Positions 58,321-64,000 of a stretch of 64,000 nucleotides of DNA are shown here, one piece after another. Source of the stretch: a virus (Duplodnaviria; Caudoviricetes); IMG/VR virus record IMGVR_UViG_3300013296_000013, positions 1-64,000 of that record; one strand, 5' to 3'. The notes beneath the pieces are model-generated. The model worked only from the letters and a program-made list of their open reading frames with translations, did not search any database and was not told the origin of the DNA. The translations under genes were made by a program, and so were the position numbers. How positions within the stretch are numbered: the stretch's first letter is position 1; every line of letters begins with the position of its first letter.

Positions 58321-58983
58321 TTACGCTGGTGGACCAGACGTGTCTGGTCCAGATTTAACAGCGGTATGAGTGTGATTATCAAGACTCTTTCCATTAGCAA
58401 TAACATCACCCGAAGTTGTGATCTTTCCTGTCACATCGATGTCACAGCTAACTGTTAATTTTGATGCGTCGATAGTCATATCACCAGACGCAACTATAGA
58501 TGCATCACCGTCGATATCTATCTCTACATCACCGCCTGTCGTAATATTTAAGTTTCCATCGATCTTAGCTGACATAGTTCCGTTAACCAAGGTTAACGAA
58601 TCTCCTTCAGTCATGATAACACTGTCGCCTAGAGTGGCTATGGTGCTATCACCTTTAACAACTGTAGATAGATCACCTTGGACTTCAGCATATAGATCGC
58701 CCTGAACTACTAATTTAAGATTACCTCCGACCAAGATGTCTCCATTCTTGTCTATCGTCAGAGTTAATCCACCCTTAGTATATTTGTATTCGTCAGATAC
58801 AACTAATTCTACTTTACGCCCATCTGAACTTACTTCGAAAAATGTTCCAGATTTATGAGCTTGTCGTAGTCGTTCAGAGCCTGGTGTATCATCTATATGA
58901 AATTCATGTCCTGAACGACTAATACTAACTTGATTGAATGGATATTTTGCAGCAAATGTAGAATTTGGAAAACGTTCAGTCAT
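58321..58983 (-). CDS. gp5: Central spike, C-terminal beta-helix part
   Basis: YPFNQV..SRSGH...DDTPGSER....HKSGT, VxG octad repeats, terminal LDNHTH. Confidence 0.85.
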   Translation of the reverse strand: MTERFPNSTFAAKYPFNQVSISRSGHEFHIDDTPGSERLRQAHKSGTFFEVSSDGRKVELVVSDEYKYTKGGLTLTIDKNGDILVGGNLKLVVQGDLYAEVQGDLSTVVKGDSTIATLGDSVIMTEGDSLTLVNGTMSAKIDGNLNITTGGDVEIDIDGDASIVASGDMTIDASKLTVSCDIDVTGKITTSGDVIANGKSLDNHTHTAVKSGPDTSGPPA

Positions 58984-58985
58984 AA

Positions 58986-59711
58986 TTAAGCTTTCAATGA
59001 TTTAAGAGCGTCTTCTACGGCGCTCATTGTTGTGTTCATTTGAAATTTGCTTCCGTTTATTCTATTTATTGCTTGCGCTATACTCGTTATATTCTCTTTT
59101 GACAGCTTTTGAGCTATCGAAGATACGTTTTGATTAGCGGTTGTATACGTTGTTCCACCATCAGCTGTTTTACTCCCATTAATGATCGCGTTCAATTCGC
59201 TGATGTTAGCGTTCTTTAAAAGATCTCGTAATTCTTTAACTGTTTTAAGAGCGTTCTTCAATTTGTTAAATGGAGAGATCTTTTTTGTTGGATCTAATGG
59301 CCCGATAGAATCTAGATTACGATACTGGAGTTTTTCGGTTGTTTCTCCTATTAAGTTCTTAGAAAGAACAGAATTAAGATCATCTCCTTTAGTTTGTGGA
59401 GAGAAATCGCCGTTTCCTCCATCTTCAGCCGTAGATCTACCAAGAGTTCCATCGATCACAGGAATGACCTCGAATGGATCAACCCATTCGCCTCTAACTA
59501 TAGATCCGACTACCAATCCAGTAGTCGCGCCAGATACTCCACCACTCATTCCATGCGTGACAGGAAATACACATCTCGCCCACGGCAAGTCAGAATCTGG
59601 AATACGAGCATGATCATCATGATCTCCGAACACACGAATCTGAGCTCGTCCAGCTTTTTCTGGATCGTTTACGTTTACTACTTTAGCTATAAAGCGTTTA
59701 ATATTTGTCAT
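58986..59711 (-). CDS. gp5: Central spike, N-terminal OB-fold part
   Basis: VVNVNDPEKAGRAQIRVFGDH...DLPWA...GSIVRG. Confidence 0.85.
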   Translation of the reverse strand: MTNIKRFIAKVVNVNDPEKAGRAQIRVFGDHDDHARIPDSDLPWARCVFPVTHGMSGGVSGATTGLVVGSIVRGEWVDPFEVIPVIDGTLGRSTAEDGGNGDFSPQTKGDDLNSVLSKNLIGETTEKLQYRNLDSIGPLDPTKKISPFNKLKNALKTVKELRDLLKNANISELNAIINGSKTADGGTTYTTANQNVSSIAQKLSKENITSIAQAINRINGSKFQMNTTMSAVEDALKSLKA

Positions 59712-60931
59712 ACGTTCTGTTTATATCCACCCTTAAGTGCTTCGATAGAACACGTATAGCGTGGTGAACTTCCTTCTGGCATTATGATATGGCGAATAAA
59801 TGCTACTAGATATTTACCACTCAGCTGTGGGTGGAGAGATGGAGCACTATCAGTTGATGTAGTATCTAATAGATCTACTTTAATCATCTGTCCCGCAGAG
59901 AGGCCAGAATCCCCTAAAACATGTAAATGGAGGAAACCCTGGCCCATTAGGGAAATGGTATTCTGGCGGGTTCCTAGGCCATCAGAAATAAACGTATCTG
60001 GATTACCAGAGTCTTTCATGACCCAACTATTAGATCCAGCATTACTACCCCATCTTTTTATCGTCTGATCGTTATCAGGATTATTCATTACCCCATCAGC
60101 TGCTTTTAATATCGCTGGAGCAAATTTAGTGATAGCCGATTTATAGCTTAGTGTTTTAAAATCGAATGATTTGATCTCATGTGCAAGCCCACCATTATGT
60201 AAACGCTTAGTTAGATCGAACTGTTGATCTTGTTTGTAGTCTATAATATTTCTAAAGTTTGATTGAGTCATGTCGGTATGCATAGTTGGATTATTAGTGA
60301 ACGTTCGATCACTAATATCACCACTAAACAAACTCTCGATCGTTTTATAGTGTATACCATCAATATTCTCAAAGAATACAAACATCGAAGACTTATCATC
60401 TACAGATATCGACTGCTTACGCATACGCTTTATAGCCTCTAAAGGAGGTTTACTAGCTATAATAATCTTTTGAACACCCTTTGTTTTTTGGATGTCTAAT
60501 TTTTTATCCGTCTGAAGATAAGTCTTACACACGTCTTCGACCATATTAGATATGTTTGTGTTGTAAGATTTAGTAATTTGGCACGACTTAGCGGTAAGTA
60601 CTTCAGGAGTAACACACTGAAGAGTGTAATTTTTAGATCTCATATTGCTAGAAGGAATAGATTCTTTAACAGATGCTACAACTAACTCAAAAGTTCTAGT
60701 GTCTTTAGATGGAGATGAGATCTCGATAGTTATGCGCTCACCACCTAAGATCGGAAGGTTAGATAATAGATTACGAGTATCATCTATCGTGATCTCAGCT
60801 ATGATACCTGGAGTTAAGATTGATTCGAATATGCTCATCATACGAATCAGTTCTACAACGTTCACTATTCCTTGATGAACGAAGAGACTAGCAGTTTTTA
60901 TAGTGATATCGCCTGGTAATTGCTGTTTCAT
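59708..60931 (-). CDS. Baseplate hub protein (gp27-like)
   Basis: IFESILTP, LPILGGERI, FVFFEN, GDSGLSAGQ, LSGKYLV..IRH; sits between gp53 and gp5. Confidence 0.75.
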   Translation of the reverse strand: MKQQLPGDITIKTASLFVHQGIVNVVELIRMMSIFESILTPGIIAEITIDDTRNLLSNLPILGGERITIEISSPSKDTRTFELVVASVKESIPSSNMRSKNYTLQCVTPEVLTAKSCQITKSYNTNISNMVEDVCKTYLQTDKKLDIQKTKGVQKIIIASKPPLEAIKRMRKQSISVDDKSSMFVFFENIDGIHYKTIESLFSGDISDRTFTNNPTMHTDMTQSNFRNIIDYKQDQQFDLTKRLHNGGLAHEIKSFDFKTLSYKSAITKFAPAILKAADGVMNNPDNDQTIKRWGSNAGSNSWVMKDSGNPDTFISDGLGTRQNTISLMGQGFLHLHVLGDSGLSAGQMIKVDLLDTTSTDSAPSLHPQLSGKYLVAFIRHIIMPEGSSPRYTCSIEALKGGYKQNV

Positions 60932-61557
60932 TATGATGTTAATAGTTTCTTTAGATTATCTGCCGCAGTCTGAGCTAAACGACTATCTAATAGACGTATA
61001 TGTGATTTATCAGCATTAGCTTCAAGTTCAACGTCATATGCCGAAACTGATTCCCAATAAGATAACTCTTCGTCTACAGGCTGATTAGTAGATTTAATAT
61101 CGATTTGTTTACGAATATATGATGCTGGTGCGTTAAATTGATCCATTTGTGGATCCCAATATTTCTTTTCGTAAGATGGAAGATCATCATACTGATTTTT
61201 AGATAAGATTCGATCATCACCAGACCAATTGACTCGATAGAACACAATATGGTTCTGAGCATTAGTTATAGAACCATAGTCATCATTAATCTTTTGTTCT
61301 AATACTACGTCACTTAACGGCCACTGATAATATGGGTCGATGATGTTATTACTCAGATATACTAGCCAAACAAAATCTGCATCACCATAGTATTTTTCAG
61401 CTACTAACCATGCTGCCATACCATCTTTAACAGCATACGGATAGAACGCATACTTATCGTTAACTACACTGTTAAGAATAGCAGCACGATTAGTGATGTC
61501 TATCACCAGGTTGTTATTGTATCTGATAATAGGAAACTGAGAGAAATACGGATTCAT
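60931..61557 (-). CDS. gp53: Baseplate wedge subunit (LysM-like)
   Basis: YFSQFP.I.Y...VAEKYYGD....WLV..SNNIIDPYYQWPLS. Confidence 0.93.
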   Translation of the reverse strand: MNPYFSQFPIIRYNNNLVIDITNRAAILNSVVNDKYAFYPYAVKDGMAAWLVAEKYYGDADFVWLVYLSNNIIDPYYQWPLSDVVLEQKINDDYGSITNAQNHIVFYRVNWSGDDRILSKNQYDDLPSYEKKYWDPQMDQFNAPASYIRKQIDIKSTNQPVDEELSYWESVSAYDVELEANADKSHIRLLDSRLAQTAADNLKKLLTS

Positions 61558-62549
61558 TATACTGATCCTAGATTACGACCAGGCGGTCCATCGACATTAT
61601 CAAAATCTCCATTTCCTGCTTCGATTAACCCGGTTCCGCCATTACGCCATAGTTCTAATTCGATAAAATCAAGAGCAAATATGATCTCAACTGGATTGCT
61701 ATCACTATGAAATGAGGGACGATCAGGAGCCCAATCGATATGAACACCCGTGACAGCGCACGGCTTGAAGGTGTAAGTTGCATCACGTAGAGATTGTGGG
61801 TTTAGCTTTATCCAACAGATATCTGGTATCTCATAGAAACCACCAACAGCGGCATTCAGTAATCCTGGTGCCGCTGTTTTTTTGAACGTATCTGTTATCT
61901 TTTTTATCGTAGTCGCTTCGTCGGCATTCCTTGGAGCTAGACGCCACTGAAAGCTATGAGTCTTGAAATTCGGTCCTTTAAAAAAGACTGTTTGAAATGG
62001 ATTATCGGCTACACCTAAAAATTGCTTTACGGCATTTAGACCTCCACCCGTAATTCCGTTTCCAACTTCAATAAGCTGTTTAATTCCAGACCCAAGTACT
62101 GATTCTCCTGTCTTTTGAATTAAACCACCAGCTGAATTAATAGCTGAATTAAACGAGTTAACAGAACCGGTCTTTAATCCATCCGATAGATTTTGAAGTT
62201 GAGGTCCGATATTATCTGCGGCCATCCAACCGTCATCTGGATACCAGTTATAAGTGCTGCTGTCTCTAAGATTAGATGGTAACGGAAGAGCGATATAATC
62301 TTTAATTCCTTCGCTCGACAGTCCTTGATAGATGCTTGGCCTATGATATGATTCAAATCCAAATGATATATAATATTTGGGAAGATCGGCTGGATATTTT
62401 AAGATCGTAGTTTTATCGGTCTCATCTATCTTTACTGTTGGATCTGACGCTGAGATACGAGTACGCGTCGTATCTGGTTGACGCGTGTCAGGAGTAACTC
62501 CAGGAGCTAAGAAGTTAGTAACCGAGTCTACAAAGTTCATGAGACCCAT
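61557..62549 (-). CDS. gp48: Baseplate tail-tube cap
   Basis: LKYP, IALPLPSNL, NPFQTVFFKGPNFKTHSFQWRLAPRN..EA, LDFIELE. Confidence 0.9.
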   Translation of the reverse strand: MGLMNFVDSVTNFLAPGVTPDTRQPDTTRTRISASDPTVKIDETDKTTILKYPADLPKYYISFGFESYHRPSIYQGLSSEGIKDYIALPLPSNLRDSSTYNWYPDDGWMAADNIGPQLQNLSDGLKTGSVNSFNSAINSAGGLIQKTGESVLGSGIKQLIEVGNGITGGGLNAVKQFLGVADNPFQTVFFKGPNFKTHSFQWRLAPRNADEATTIKKITDTFKKTAAPGLLNAAVGGFYEIPDICWIKLNPQSLRDATYTFKPCAVTGVHIDWAPDRPSFHSDSNPVEIIFALDFIELELWRNGGTGLIEAGNGDFDNVDGPPGRNLGSV

Positions 62550-62595
62550 AGCGTTCCCCTATAAGTATTTGTTCTTATTATTTAGGTGACGATCG

Positions 62596-63036
62596 GTGGC
62601 ATATAAAGGGCAATTCAAACCAAAGAATCCTCAAAAATATCGTGGTGATTCTAAAAATATCATATATCGCTCAAGATGGGAGGAACGATTTATGAGATTT
62701 TGCGATAATAACTCAGCTGTTTTAGAATGGTCTAGTGAAGAGTTCTTTATACCTTATCGATGCAGAACTGATAACCGTATTCATCGTTATTTTCCAGACT
62801 TTAAGATCAGGGTAAAAGATGATAAAGGAAACGTTGTAACTAAAGTTATCGAGATTAAACCACGAAAAGAATGTTTTGCTCCAGTTAAACCGGCTCGTAT
62901 GATTAAAAGATATCTTACAGAGGCTTTAACATACGCTAAAAATAAGAGTAAATGGGAACACGCCGAAGAATGGTGTTCCAATCGTGGTTACGAGTTCGTG
63001 ATCATGACTGAAAAAGAGCTTGGAATAAAGTTCTAA
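62596..63036 (+). CDS. gp4: Head completion nuclease
   Basis: YKGQFKPKNPQKYRGD..NIIYRSRWE...HRYFPDF...IEIKP...N.SKW..A. Confidence 0.95.
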   Translation: MAYKGQFKPKNPQKYRGDSKNIIYRSRWEERFMRFCDNNSAVLEWSSEEFFIPYRCRTDNRIHRYFPDFKIRVKDDKGNVVTKVIEIKPRKECFAPVKPARMIKRYLTEALTYAKNKSKWEHAEEWCSNRGYEFVIMTEKELGIKF

Positions 63037-63043
63037 ATAGACT

Positions 63044-63673
63044 ATGGCAAATAGAATAACTGCGTCGATAGACTTTATATTTCAAAAGATCGCTAAAGGT
63101 TTACCACCAGATCTGGAGGGAGCTCAACAGCGTAGACAGGCGCGCACTTGGTTTCGTAAAGCTGCATCTGAAGTAACTTCTATCGATGCAGTTAGAGCTA
63201 TGAATCGAGCTGATCGTGAACGTAAATATAGTCGTATAAATCAAAATAACATCGGGCAGATGGTCATGTTTTGGTACGACGCTAAACTTAAAAATGAATT
63301 ACCCTATTGGGATCGTTTACCGTTAGTATTTCCGATCGAGATGTATAAAGATGGATTTCTCGGAATCAATTTACATTATCTCCCACCACGATATAGAGCT
63401 ATTCTTATGGATGCACTATATACGACTCTTAGTAATAAAAAATACGATTCTACTACTAGATTACGCATCTCCTATCAGATTTTAAAAAATGCTAGTAAGT
63501 TTAAACCATTCGTACCGTGCGTAAAGAGATATCTCTCTAATCACGTTCAGTCTTCATTTGTGGCGATTCAACCAGAAGAATGGGATATGTGTCTCATGCT
63601 GCCAACTGAACGATTCCAAAAGAAGAGAAAGCAGACCGTTTGGAATGAATCTATCAAGAAGATCAAAGGATAA
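63044..63673 (+). CDS. gp2: DNA end protector protein
   Basis: YDAKLK..LPYWDRLPL...GINLHYLPP..R...CVKRYL..HV. Confidence 0.95.
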   Translation: MANRITASIDFIFQKIAKGLPPDLEGAQQRRQARTWFRKAASEVTSIDAVRAMNRADRERKYSRINQNNIGQMVMFWYDAKLKNELPYWDRLPLVFPIEMYKDGFLGINLHYLPPRYRAILMDALYTTLSNKKYDSTTRLRISYQILKNASKFKPFVPCVKRYLSNHVQSSFVAIQPEEWDMCLMLPTERFQKKRKQTVWNESIKKIKG

Positions 63674-63676
63674 TGA

Positions 63677-64000
63677 ATGCCTAATTTCAACATCAATGAG
63701 TTCAAATCGATCATTGAAAAAAACGGCGAGCTTCTTCATCCAAATAAATTCATGGTTCGATTTCCTACGCCTAACGGTCTAGCTAACTCTACAACATCTA
63801 GCGTTACTTCTGATGGACGACTCTCAGTGGGAATCACTGGGGATGACAAGACTATGTCTTATTACTGTAAGTCAGCGGTAGTTCCTGGTATTGGTATCGA
63901 TTCAAACACGATATCAAAATATGGATATGGTCCACTAGAACGTTTCGCTAAAGGAACTCTCGTTAACGACGTTATCTTCAATTTTTATGTCGATGCTAAT
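63677..64000 (+). CDS. Baseplate tail-tube initiator (gp54/gp19-like), partial
   Basis: Manual translation MPNFNINEFKSIIEKNGELLHPNKFMVRF...YCKSAVVPGIGI...YGYGP...DVIFNFYVD; follows gp2. Confidence 0.75.
   Translation, partial: MPNFNINEFKSIIEKNGELLHPNKFMVRFPTPNGLANSTTSSVTSDGRLSVGITGDDKTMSYYCKSAVVPGIGIDSNTISKYGYGPLERFAKGTLVNDVIFNFYVDAN

Noticed and set aside
1-64000. tRNA/rRNA genes, introns, integrase, transposase, or reverse transcriptase/DGR
   Set aside because: None was recognised by eye. tRNAscan-SE and Infernal were not run, so short RNAs could have been missed.
1-64000. Alternative genetic code or stop-codon reassignment
   Set aside because: Conserved genes are full length under code 11 and end in TAA, TGA or TAG at expected positions.

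Overview
This window is a 64 kb segment of a large T4-like myovirus genome. The host is probably an alphaproteobacterium (Sphingomonadales or Caulobacterales), judged from a phage-borne PEPxxWA-CTERM gene. Two AT-rich late/structural blocks use (C/A)TAAATA late promoters. The first (1-28.4 kb) holds gp17, 16, 15, 14, 13, fibres, VrlC/DUF4815-like proteins and gp8, 7, 6. The second (53-64 kb) holds a collagen fibre, DNA ligase, gp25, a split gp5, a gp27-like hub and gp53, 48, 4, 2, 54. Between them lies a GC-richer accessory region of about 24 kb with more than 20 sigma70-type promoters, all with 17-bp spacers. The top candidate novelty is a promoter-driven, three-hairpin non-coding RNA of about 190 nt (45.44-45.63 kb, minus strand). 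Its 23-nt loop is complementary to the ribosome-binding sites of several of the phage's own early genes, including one perfect 13-nt match. Other highlights: a glycosyltransferase + FkbM methyltransferase + 2OG-Fe(II) oxygenase cassette beside Thr/Ser-rich collagen fibres; a PEP-CTERM surface protein; an ACP/macrodomain/NADAR/MazG/NadE-remnant island; chains of unannotated 18-34 aa membrane micropeptides; and repeated or palindromic promoter cassettes. All calls come from reading motifs by eye; no database searches were run.
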